Shown piece after piece: positions 23,677-35,167 of a stretch of DNA of 64,000 bases. Numbering within the stretch: the first letter of the stretch is position 1; each line of letters starts with the position of its first letter. A program made the position numbers and the translations under genes. The notes beneath the pieces are model-generated. The model was not told the DNA's origin. It saw nothing but the letters and a program-made list of their open reading frames with translations, and made no database searches. The DNA is taken from assembly GCF_000315625.1 (NCBI RefSeq), contig NW_005434631.1:441891-505890 (forward strand), in the 5' to 3' direction. This DNA comes from Guillardia theta CCMP2712. Its lineage: Eukaryota; Protista; Cryptophyta.

Positions 23677-24609
23677 GGAGGAGGCAGAGGAGAGATGGCT
23701 GAGGGTGGCGGGGAGGGGGCTTGGAGGAGGGGACTCGAGTGAAGGATCGTAGCCCAGGTATGATGACTAGGAAGGAGAGTCAGGATCATCTCGGAGCGCA
23801 GGGTCAGCGATGTCGAGCCATCAGTGTTAGTGGAGTCGAGGGAGAGGAGAGGTATGTGCCTGATGACTGTACGGCTGGAGGATGGACAAGGATGTTGGCT
23901 GAGGAGGAGCTTTGTAGCCTTTTACTACCGAAGTTCTTTCTCAGCTACAGGTTTTCCGCACATTCGCGACCATTTCTTCTATTAAATAAGAGGCTGAGTT
24001 ACCCTTACCGTCATTCATTCTTGTTTTTGTTCCTTCCCAAGTTCCATCATGCATACGGTTCTCACTCTCGGAAAGGTGTGTTTCAGTCGAGCGGCGTCCT
24101 CGTGTCGAGAGTCGGGACTGTCAACCGTCCGATGGCCGAGACTCCCGGTCTGTCACGGTCGGCCGTTGAGCGGAGTTAGTGAAGTTTTCTAGGCGTCTCC
24201 GACTACAGGGCTCGTCAGGGGATGCCGGAAGTTGAATTGACATGTTGCGACAGCTTCAGTGTTCATACAGCAGGACTATCACTGATGATCCTGTCGGATG
24301 GTTGATGCTACAGCACCGCAAGCCCAGACTTGCCCGGCCTACACTGAGAGAATGTTACTGTACGGTACAGGATCGGATATTCTAAGGAGTCTTCTTGGTT
24401 TACAGCCTCCGAGAGTTTTTGTTAACTCGGCGCTATCTGACTGGCACTTCTGGCATACGATCCATCACTTTCTCCACCGTACGTCCGAGTCAGCGGCTCG
24501 CACTCGCGTCCAGACTAGGCTCCAGGAAGCGTTCGTAAGTGTGGGGACTGAGTCACAGGGCCTCTACTAGTTCAACGTTTTCACTCCGAAGTTCCGTCAC
24601 GCTACTGAC

Positions 24610-24830
24610 TCGATGAGCCTGCCGGGTAGAATCATGCCGGGTTTACTGACTCAAAGTGAAGTTAAAAACTTGATCAGTACCACGACAACTTCAGGAGACT
24701 CGACGGTCGAGCAGGCTTGACCCTGACACTCTGTGACTGTCGCACTGGCCAAACTTGAAACGGAGAGAAGAGAAAAGACAGCGAGAACCAAACCCAATCC
24801 TGCCGACTGCTGTCCCCCAAACTTAACTGA
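24610..24830 (-). mobile_element. Interspersed repeat copy B
   Basis: Reverse-complement homolog of 9057-9260. Flanked by a GC-rich tract at 24840-25145. Confidence 0.6.
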
Positions 24831-25717
24831 TACCTTCACTTAACTGCGCGCACTGCCGGACAATTCCCCCGCGTCATGCCAGTCGGACATCGCTTTGCCA
24901 AAGCGAAAGTTTGGCCCCCGCAGCCGAACCGGGACCCGGGAATACCCGGGACTCGCCAACGGTATTCCCTTTAGAATGCACCCGCGATGATGGCAGCCGC
25001 CCGAAGGACAGGGAGGCCTTGAGCTGACGAAAGATCCTGGACCGGATGCGTTTGCAAGTCGGATCACCTGAGACGTCTTGCGAGGCCGAGTCGCTGACTC
25101 GCTAGGGCCGCGGGCGGGCCTGACGGTCGGCCGGGCCGGGCGGTGACGCTAAAAAATACGATTTCAATCGAACTAAACACTTTATCCTGTGAATTGAATC
25201 AGTTCAAATTTCCTCACGGTGCACATGCCCCACCCCCTATTTCCAGTGCAAAACTCCAGTTAAGACCACCCCTCCTTTCTAGCTCTCCCCACCCCATGTC
25301 ATCAACTAGTCAGCTCCTGATCATGTACCAGATCCCCATTTCCCCACCCCACCCCTACCCCCCCAATTCTGAGACCCCCCGCACAAATCACCTCGATACC
25401 CACCCCATTGTTTCATGACCCCATTTTATAAGTCATGTATACGCCCATACCCCTGGTCCATATATTTTCAGAATCTGAAACGAAGGGGTGTGGATGAGTA
25501 CCCACCCTGTCTTGTTTTCGAATCCAAATCATGTACTGGCATGTACTACCCCCATCCCCTTTGACTCGACATGTACCCCCAGTGTCCCCATTTACACCCC
25601 ACCCCTACCCGGCAGGCTTTATATTATTAAAGGTGTTCCTACGGAGCTTTCAGTATCGGCAATGGCGTGATTGATCTTTGCCGCATGCGACTACATCGCT
25701 AGGAAGGTAAGGAGGTG

Positions 25718-25738
25718 ATGGCGGTGGAGGAGAGGAAC

Positions 25739-25818
<80 letters not shown>

Positions 25819-25835
25819 GCAGGAGGAGGAGCAGG

Positions 25836-25880
<45 letters not shown>

Positions 25881-28096
25881 TGGTGGTGGAGGGGAAGAAT
25901 GATGCTAGCACTATCTGTAGGATAGGCAGGTCAAGAGCAGCAGAAAGGTTTGGCGGCACTGCAAGCCCATGAGCTGGGCAAGAGCTGTGGGGTGCAAGGC
26001 TTAATGAGCATAGATGAAGGGAAGGTAGCAGGAGAGAAACAGCGGGAAGAGAGCGAGAGGAGAAGTCGCCATCGCACAAGAGGGCTGAGGGAGCAGCAAC
26101 TAGCCTTGTACTCGCCACTTGGTGATGCCTTGGTTGAAACAGCTCTGCGGAGATTCGGGCTCTGGCGGCTGATCTGGGGGGTCCTGCTCGATCAAGTGAG
26201 TCGGTGCTTTCAACTGCAGCGACGACATGCTTACGTCCTCGCGCAGGGCAGGACCGAAGCACAGGAAGCCGCAAGTTTCCAAACTCTACGAACAGCCCGG
26301 CAGGCTCGACAGCCTGGAGGAACACTCCTCCGGCTCCTCGCGCTTCCAGGCCTACTTGCAGGAGAGCTCTGTGAGTAGCGGAGGACCAGCTCCTCCTCCT
26401 GCCAGTCGGAAGCGCTGAGGCAGGGCAAGCGAGACGTGAGCGATCGGCCGGGAGCTCAGGATGACGCGCATGGAAACAACCGCGAGGCCTTCATGCGTCG
26501 ATATGAGGCCCCAGCAGAGAGACGCGTCTCGCATCCTTACAAACAAACACCTTGTTCGTGAATGAACAGTTTAAGCTAGACCATGAGCTGAAGCTTGTTC
26601 AAGCTCCTGCTGCTACTGCTACTGCTACTGCTACCACCACCACTTGTGTTGCTGCCTTCGTCCCATCTCGCCTCCTCCCACTCATTCGTTACCGTCGAAG
26701 AGTATCTGTAGCTCATGACCTGCCAAGAGTTACAGGAAGGAGGAGGGAGTAACAACTACCGAGGGTCAGAGCGGAGGAGAGCGAAGAGACGCCATGGCGT
26801 CGGGACAGCCAGTCCATGAAAGCTGCGAACGTGTAAGGGGAAGAGAGATGGAGAGGGAAGGACCGAGAGGGTTCGAGCGATAGAGGAGGAAGAGGGAGCG
26901 GAGCATGTCGCCTGACATGCTCCGCTTCTCCAGCGAAGTAGCGAAATCGTCCAGGCCACACCTGCATGAGATGAGAAGGCAGCACAGGAGGAGAAGGGGT
27001 TGAAGGAGGATAACGAGGAGGAGGAAGAGAATGAGGAGGAAGAGAATGAGGAGGAAGAGAATGAGGAGGAAGAGAACGAGGAGGAAGAGAAGGAGGAGGA
27101 AGAGAAGGAGGAGGAGGAGGAGGAGCATTTCACCTTCGAGCCCACAGCAGCACATCGAGCTGGTCCATGCCGTCAACTTCGACGGGGAGGGAAGATGAAC
27201 TTGTCGATCTGCGTGTTTCCTCCTCCCATTCCCGCAGAAACCGCAGGAGCATCCTCCTCTGACTTAACCCTGCGGCTCGTGACGAAGACGATCTGAACCA
27301 TCCTCCGTGCTCGACAGCTTCCCGGAGGCTGTTTACCAACCATCCAGAGAGAATCTTCTCCCGCACTTCTACTCGCTTGTCCTCTTCCTCATCCTCGTCC
27401 TCGTCCTCGTCCTCGTCGACCTGCTGCCATCGTAAAACCCCGTTCAGGAACAAATCGCATCACCTCCTCCTCCTCCTCCTCCTCCTCCTCCTCCTCCTCC
27501 TCAGTTGTCTCATCAGACTCTGACGCTGACTCCTCCTGATACTCCCGACCCTCATCCCTGCCGCATCTGCTGGTCAGGTGAAGAGACGATCTTCGGCATC
27601 ACCTAGACAGCTTCTTCGCAACCTCCTCGAACTGAGAGAACAGCGTCTTGCTCGTCTCCTCCCCCTCTTCCATGTTGCCCTCAAGTCTTGGGAAGGCGCT
27701 GCGCTGGACGGGGCTGAGTGGCTGGCCCGCGAGTTTGCCGCTGCTGCTGTCAACCAATGCTTGCAGACCATGTCAGGGACACGGGAGGAGGAGACAACGA
27801 GAGAGGAGACGACAGGAAGCAAGTGGGACTGGGGAACCGGTGAACAAGCAGAGGAAGGGGGAGGCAGGCCAGAAGTGAGCAGATGGATGTACCGATGCTG
27901 GGCTGTTGGAAGGGACCCTTGCCAAGGAGACTCGGCACAGGACGAGGCGAATTGGATGCTTTGGTTGGTTCAGCGACACTGACGACTCCCTTGCTAGAGG
28001 GCGACTGATCGAGAGGTTCAGAGGAATAGGTAGAGGAGGAAGTGGTGGTTGAGGAGGAGGTTGTGGATGAAAATAAGGATGAGGATGAGGATGCTG

Positions 28097-28139
<43 letters not shown>

Positions 28140-29599
28140 GGAGGAGGAGGAGGAGGAGGAGGAGGAGGAGGAGGAGGAGGGAGTTGAATGGGCTCGGAGG
28201 AGAAGAGGTTAGGGAGGAGGGAGGGAATCACCTCTTCGCTGTGCGACCATGCCGGCATCTCCCATTGCTGCAGCCCGCCTCTGCGAGCCGAATGAGAGCA
28301 GAAGAGCAGAGAGAGCCGCAGGTCATGACGAGAAAAGCAGCGAGGAACGAGGTGAAGAGGCTGCGGAAGGAGGAGGAGAAGGAAGGAGCACAGGAGCAGT
28401 TACCTTGCCGTCTCCACCAGGCGGCCCTGGCGAGCTCGGAGGTGCTCGGGGACTTTAGTCTCGTCATATTTCTTCTCCCCGCTGCGGTAGACTTCCTCCA
28501 GCCCCAACCTGCCACGTCATTAGCTTCCCCTCTGCTCCTCCTTCAGTTACCTCGCAGTGGGAGGTCGTGGGAGCATGGCTTCAAACGTGACGTTCTGTTG
28601 GGCCTTTCAGCCATTCCTCCTGCTAGTCCTCCCCAGCCCCTCCCCTCCCCAATGATCGCAACAACCCGCTCTCTCTCCTTCCCCCACTTGTTCCTCCTCT
28701 TCTTCCTCCCCTCGTCCTGTCGTTCCCCTCCTCTCACCTTCCGCCTCACGGTCAAAGAAACTTCATCCTCCATCCCACGCTTGCTAGCACGAGCACGAGC
28801 CTGTAAAGGTTATCAGCCGTACGATACTCCTCAAACTCAGCCTGCCCCTGCTCCTGCCCCTGCTCCTGCCCCTGCTCCTGCCCCTGCTCCTGCCCCTGCC
28901 CCTGCCCCTGCTCCTGCCCCTGCCCCTGCTCCTGCTCCCTTCCATCACCTTGGGCTCTGTCAAGGGCAACCCCCGGATCAGCTCCGTTACAGCAAGGACG
29001 CTCAGCCCCTCCACGTTGCATCCGTCGACGGCAAGGATGACGTCACCCTAGCAGGTTCATCAGAGAACGATAATGCGGAAACCTCTCACCTCCCGCAGGA
29101 TCCCGCTCTTAGCCGCCAGGCATCCCTCCAGTATCGTACCCACGTACACGTCGCCTCCTCCTTTGTCCTGCGCCCAATCACTACGAGCCGATCCATTGCC
29201 CTCCAACGCTCAGGGGCGGGAGGCGCCGAGGATGATGATGGGCCTCTCATCCTCCTTCCCCTCCTTCCCCTCTCACACCTGCTTCAGAAGCAATCCTAGT
29301 CGCTGCCTGGTGGGCGTGCTCTCGAGGCTGGTGGGCTTGGCACCAGGTCCTCCTCTGGGAGAGATGAGCTGCCATTGTCGTTCAGCTCGGGTCCAGCTGA
29401 GCCTGCCGCCTACCTCGCTCAGACCGGCCATGGCAGACTCCAGCAAGCTGCTCCCCTGACTCTGTTGGAGTTTCAGTTAACAGAAGCTACTGGCTCTGCC
29501 CTCTACCTGCCCCTTCCCTGGGACCCTCCTGGGGGTAAAGAGGACGCCGTCTGCGTACTGCGAGTCGTTCCTTCCTTGCGGGAGGAAGAGACGCTCTGA
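25718..29599 (+). CDS. Possible low-complexity multi-exon gene(s), unidentified
   Basis: Coding-like segments (ALVETALRRFGLWRLIWGVLLDQ; LLRNLLELREQRLARLLPLFHVALKSWEG; LYLPLPWDPPGGKEDAVCVLRVVPSL) separated by microsatellites. No recognisable domain and the exon structure is unresolved. Confidence 0.3.
25738..25817 (+). repeat. (GAT)n microsatellite
   Basis: Directly visible. Confidence 0.95.
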
Positions 29600-29606
29600 T
29601 AAAAAG

Positions 29607-31794
29607 TCAGAGGCAGGAGGATGAAGACAGGATGAAGGCTGCAGCAAGTAGAGGGGGCTGCGGACTATTTGAGCCGGCGAGAGGGAGGAAGAAAAAGGCG
29701 AGGAGCATGCCAGGGCAAGGAGGCGCACCGGTCTTGTACGAAGAGATCCTCGACTGCATCCACGACAGGAGAGAAGTCACTTCTGCTGGGCTGCCCGCAG
29801 TGAACCTTAGGAGTGGAGCAACTCGCCCTGCAGCCTCGAGCTCGAGCAGCCGCAGCAGCCATCCGTCCGGCACGAAGCCTTCCTGTGTCTGGACAGGGAG
29901 GATCAAGACGCCGCTGCTTTATGGTCACTCGAGGGAAAGAGGAGGGGCAATCGCACACCATCGCACGGCCACGTTGAGCATGAGCCTCGCTCGTCCGGAT
30001 CTCTTGAGCCAGTTGGAGAGAAGGACGAGCATCGTACTCGCCTGGTGCTTGAGGAAGAGGACGACCTGGTCGAAGTCCCCGGTCATGACAGGGTCTTCCA
30101 GCAGGAGCGCCGTCACTCCATCAAACTTGTGCTGCAGCGGAGATGTCACAGACAAGCTCGAGCTGAAGGAGGTGATCTCTACCTTGCTCGTCGCTGAGAG
30201 GATGGCCTGTGCTTGCTTGACCTCCTGGTCGTGGTAGGAGAAGATGAAGGTGTTGGCTTTCTTCGAGGAGGAGTGAGGGAGGGTCGAGGAAGGATCGAAG
30301 CTCGTGAGCATGTAGAGCAGAGCACGCGAGAGGTTGGAGAGGACTTTATCACCCTCCTCCGACACGCACCGAAGTCTGGGCAGGAGGACATCCTTGACCT
30401 GCGCAAAGAAGGTACGGCTGGAGCTCTCGAAAGAGAGGTGGAGGAGTGAGTTCACACAGAGCGCAGACCCTCTCCCATCTGTTCGGAACTGCTGAAGGGC
30501 GAGGCTGAGCAGGCCTACGAATCCCTCCCGCAGCAGCTTCGTCTTCATGTCCTTCCTGGCCGTATAGATGTCGACGGTGCTCAGCAGTTTCCGCGTTCCC
30601 ACCACATGCTGCAGCCGCGCAGTCCTGGAGTCCTCTTGCTGCTCGCTGCCCTTGTTGTTGATCCTTCTCTCGAGCTCGTGAGCGATGAGAGTAACGTAGG
30701 AGGAGTCAGAGTTGAAGAGAGTCGAGGGGCTCTCGTCAAGCCCGTACAGCTCCGCCATCGCCAGGACCGCACACACACACACAGGGCTGCTGTTGGTCAG
30801 GAAGGAGCGGAGGGGGTCGCCTATCCCGGATTCAATCAGCATGCTGCGCAGTGATGGGTTGGACGCAAAGTTGTGCAGAGTAGCAGCAGCAGCCTGCTGG
30901 TGGACGGCGATGGGATGGGAGAGGGAGGAGTAGAGGGCCCTGAGCAGGGGGTACTGGCAGAACCTGGTAGTAACCTGCCTCCATTCCTCCGAGCCTCTGA
31001 AGAAGACGTCGTCGGTGATGTTCCACAGCAAGGAGAGGACGTCTTCTGCCAGCCCCACGTGGGCGTGCAGATCCTGAGACTTTCTCAGCTCCTCCTCTGA
31101 AGCCCCTCCTATCACAGCCTGCGAATGACTGAGGAGGTTGGACACAAGGTCGACGGAGATCTGGTCAGCAGCAGAAAGCTTCGATCGCTCATCAAAGCAG
31201 CACTGTAACGACAACAAACGTCAGAACAGCCCATGGATACCTCACATTCGCTCCACTCCGTGACTAGGAAAGACGAAAGGAGGAAAAAACAAACAAAATT
31301 TGTGAATCGAACGCAGCTTTTGGATCATGCACTCAGAAGGAACGGGTAAACACGATTCCGTCACATCATACCTGGTCAAGCAGCTTGATCGCTGCTGACT
31401 TGGTGCCGGGTGCCGCATTGCTGAGCAGAACTTCCACAGCAAAACGAAGGGCATTGGCGCTGGACGAAAGCACCAGTTCATGCCCATCGTAACACAAGAT
31501 GTTGTGGATGGTACAAAGAGCTGCAGTCTTCTTCCACTCATCCTTCTCCTCTCGTCCTGTTCGCACTATCGCATTCATCGCTACCTCGTTGAAGTACTTG
31601 AGGTTTTCCCTCATTGCGCTCATGCTCCATAATTGCCCCAGCGACTCTCCCGCCCTTCCCTGCTCAAGTCCCTCCACGCACGCCTTGACTCTGCTCCCTT
31701 CTGCTTCTGGTCGTCCTCGTGCTGCCTTCATACCGTCTCCTTCATGCCCGGCTCCCCCCTCCCTCCCTCCTTCGCCTTCCCGCCCGCCCGCCAT
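29607..31794 (-). CDS. ARM-repeat protein with C-terminal TIR-like domain
   Basis: ARM-like helices (AAAATLHNFASNPSLRSMLIESG; KTKLLREGFVGLL). C-terminal FIFSY...ASTMLVLLSNWLKRSGRARLMLNVAVRC|SGVLILPVQTQEGFVPDGWL resembles TIR_2. Ends are approximate. Confidence 0.7.
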
Positions 31795-31848
31795 TCGTCT
31801 GTTCCCCGGCATAGCCGATCCCAGGGCCCAATGAGTCCTCATTTGACC

Positions 31849-31876
31849 TCACGTGACCTCACGTGACCTCACGTGA
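31849..31876. promoter_or_regulatory. Three TCACGTGA (E-box/G-box) palindromes at 10-bp spacing
   Basis: TCACGTGA at 31849, 31859 and 31869, between divergent genes. Function is inferred only. Confidence 0.4.
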
Positions 31877-32536
31877 TCTCGGATGACTCCGGCTGGTCCG
31901 ACGACTCCGAGTCAGCCGGGCGGCGCGGCCCGGGCCCGGACGGTCCGGGCCCCCGGGCCGGGGCGGTCCTACCACAGGGGCCACTGAGGGCTGGGAGCAG
32001 GACCTACTTTGAGTAAAGTTACTTGAGCCACAGCCGTTGAAGGATGGCGACGAGACGAGACTAGAGGCGGAGTGGGGGGGGAGAAGCCGCTGATCATTGG
32101 AGAGAGTCACTGGAAGAGAAGGGAGGAGGAATGAACGCAGGAAGGCGGGAGAAGCGGTCCTGAGACAGCCTACGGTAGTACTACTCAGCCATGCCATGGT
32201 AGAACCCTGCGGGAGAAAGTCTGCAGTGAGGACGCGGTGAGGGACTAGAGACCTAGTGGGGGCGCGGGGGCAAGGAGAGAGTTAGAAAGCAGATGGTCAC
32301 TCCAGACTGACTTTGATGGGACGCGGCATGATGATTGAGGTGTTGCCGTCATGGTCAAGAGCAAGGGATCACTTGTGTTGTACATGCTCAAATCTGATCT
32401 AGGATCCCTGTAAACTTGTGTGCTGACTAGGGAACCAGTCCGTTGTCTTGAGCAAAGGCTGAAGCCGGGAGCATGTTTGCTGTGGGACGGGAGCAGGAGT
32501 GAAGCAAGGTTGTTGTCTCGTGGCTGCTGGTCGACA

Positions 32537-34709
32537 ATGAGAGTGCAAGACCCTATGAAGCGCAGCACCTCCCTCATGGAGTGGGCAGGAGGTCTCAGGG
32601 ACCAAGAGGAGGTCAGGAGGCAGGCGCTGGGAGGCGTCAGCGATGGGGAGAGAAAGAAGCAGCTCGCTGTAAGGTTGCTGAGCAAGCTTGCCGCCTCGTA
32701 TGGTCTGGTGAGGTCAGTGAGCCCCGTGTGCTTGAAAGCTGAGAGAGGACGGCAGGACAAGCAGGCGATCTCGACTCGTCTCCGCGCACGCACCACCACC
32801 CCCACTCTCCGTGACGTCGCAGAGCTCGGGCGACACCTGTCGAGTGATCCCAAGGCACAAGGGAAGAACAAGTCGCTCCTTCAGTCTGTAAGTGCAGGAG
32901 CGAACGCGCATGGCAGGGACAGCAAGCTGTCGGCAGGGAGGCATGCAGCAGATGTGCCGGCAACAAGGAGACCGGCTTCGTCTCTAGGTGAAGGCTCCTA
33001 TGCGACGATCAGCCCGTCTCTGACCCTGCCGCTCCCTCAGAGGCGCTGCGAGCAAGGATGGATGACCAACGCGTTCCTGAACGAGACGAGTGGTTCCTTA
33101 TCAACGTGTTCGAGGAGAAGAGGCTGCAGGAGCGCACGAGGGAAGAGATGGAGAAGAAGAAGATGATGTCCAGAGTGAGCTCTCCTCTTCTGCGCGCCTT
33201 GACATGTCCAGCTGACTCCCGCCTAGATCTTGAGACAAACTTTGGACATCCAACAGCAAGAGGTGAAGGCCCGACATGGTCTTTGTGCGGGTCTGAGAGT
33301 CGGATCACAGTTAGAAGAAGCAAACCTGCAGTCTCTTCAGGATCAGCGAGAGGAAGCAAGGTGAGAGCAGCTCATGCTTGACTTGCATGCTGATCGGGTT
33401 GAAAGGCGATTGCTGGAAGCCAGGCAGGCCGAGCTGCGTGAGGAGCGAGCGAAGCAGGAGCAGGAGGTGAGGAATGGAAGGTTGAGGGTGGTGGCTGATG
33501 AAGTGCATGCAGGAGGTGCTCAAGAAAAAGCAGAGGGAGCAAGCAGACAAGTCTCGCCGGGAGAGCATTGACAAGATCAGGCAGAAGGTCCTGCAGCAAG
33601 GAAGCGGCTTGACGCTGAAAGGGTTGGCAGGTGAAAGAAGAGCAGGAGAGCGAGATGGCAGAGATCCGAAAGATCAAGAAGGAGTTGAAAGAGGAGGCAA
33701 AGAGAATCAAGCAGAAGAAGCAGAAGGTTGTCTGGATGCTTCTTCCCTTGCCATGACTTGCGTTGGTCGACTCAGATGCGGGAGGAATATGACGAGTTGA
33801 TGCGATACAACGAGGAAGAAAAGGCGAGGAACTCAAGGGAGCTGAAGCAGCAGGTCTTGCTGGATATCCAGGCGGCGAAAGAATACGAGCAGGTCAAGGC
33901 GACGCTGCTCTGAATCTGCTGAGTCCTCGTCAAGGTGCTGCAAGAACGAGAGAACCAGCGGCAGCTGGCGCTTGAAGCCAAGAAAGAGTTGCAAATGAAG
34001 CACGAGGAGAAGGCGAGGAAGCTTGAGGCGCTGAGACAGCAAGAGAGAGATCAAGATCAGATGTAGGGACCTCGTCCTGGACCTCGTCCTCTCCTGTTGG
34101 ACTGACCCGGGAGCAGGAAAGCAGACAAGAGCAGCAAGAACCACCAGGAGAAAGTGGATAAGAAGCGCAAGGAGGATGAGAGAATGAAGAAGGAGACGCG
34201 AGACCGCTGGGTCGCCGACCTCAAGGATCAAATGGAGCATCAAAGGCACGAGAATATATCGCGAGGTCAACTTGGTGACGAGCAAATGAGCAGGCGATTG
34301 GAGAGGGAGGCGATGGAGAGAAATCGAGCAGAAGCAGGTGACGGTGACTTGTTACTGGATTCAATGGTGATGCTGCTTGCAGTGAAGATCTTGGAGGCAT
34401 ACAAGCAAGAGATCATCCTCAACAACCAGAAGGTTGCGCAGCGACGCCGGGAAGCTTTCCGCCATCGTGAGTTGCTCGAGACTCAGATCGAGGAGGTAGG
34501 GGATAGAGGCCAGACTGCCGGGAGGTGACATCGAGCAGGAGACGAGAGCGATACGACGAGGCTTCGGACGTGTGGGAATGAGCGGGACGGAGAGGTTGAT
34601 CAACAAGCGGGTGAATTCAAAGAAGTCTTGCTCCTGCATTGCTGATCGCCAACAGGCCCTCGAGGAGGCCAAAGCGACGTTAGTGCGCAACATGAGCAGA
34701 ACAACATGA
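32537..34709 (+). CDS. Long coiled-coil (trichohyalin/TPH-like, possibly flagellar) protein, multi-exon
   Basis: Glu/Lys/Arg/Gln-rich exons (RDEWFLINVFEEKRLQER..., LKQQVLLDIQAAKEYEQ, HRELLETQIEE) separated by ~45-50 nt GT-AG introns. Confidence 0.65.
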
Positions 34710-34837
34710 AGCAAGCTGTCGTTGCGAAACACAACATGATGCTAAGAATTTTCTTGAATGACTGAAATTTCTCAAGAAAGAGGAATTCTACCTCTCTCAT
34801 CCTATCCATACAGAGTAGCTCGAGTGAATCGCAAGCT

Positions 34838-35167
34838 TTAAGGCGAGGTAGAGTCGGAGGGACCCCAGAGACCAGGCTCGAAGGTGATGTCTGCTCCGGG
34901 AACACCTCCGTTCATGATGACCTGAGAGCTCAAGTCAACATCAATAAACTCGCACTGTTCCCATCACCTCGGGGTAGAGCTTGCATCCTGGGGACTGATC
35001 AGCTCCGACAGTCTTGTAGGTCGGGATGAATCCAGGCTGTAGCCGTGTCAGGAGCCGTCAAGGGATCGATGAGTGTGACTCACGAGGGGGTTGCAGGTGT
35101 CCTCGACAAGGGACATGCCGGGCAACACAGTGAAGGGGCGGAGAGCCATGATCTGAAAGCTAGCCAT
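34838..35167 (-). CDS. Small three-exon protein (78 aa), unknown function
   Basis: Exons 35167-35084, 35036-34968 and 34921-34838 with GT-AG phase-0 introns of 47 and 46 nt give MASFQIMALRPFTVLPGMSLVEDTCNPL|PGFIPTYKTVGADQSPGCKLYPE|VIMNGGVPGADITFEPGLWGPSDSTSP*. Confidence 0.7.

Noticed and set aside
23800-24600. gag/pol ORF downstream of repeat copy B
   Set aside because: Manual translation shows multiple stops and no recognisable RT, integrase or zinc-knuckle motif.
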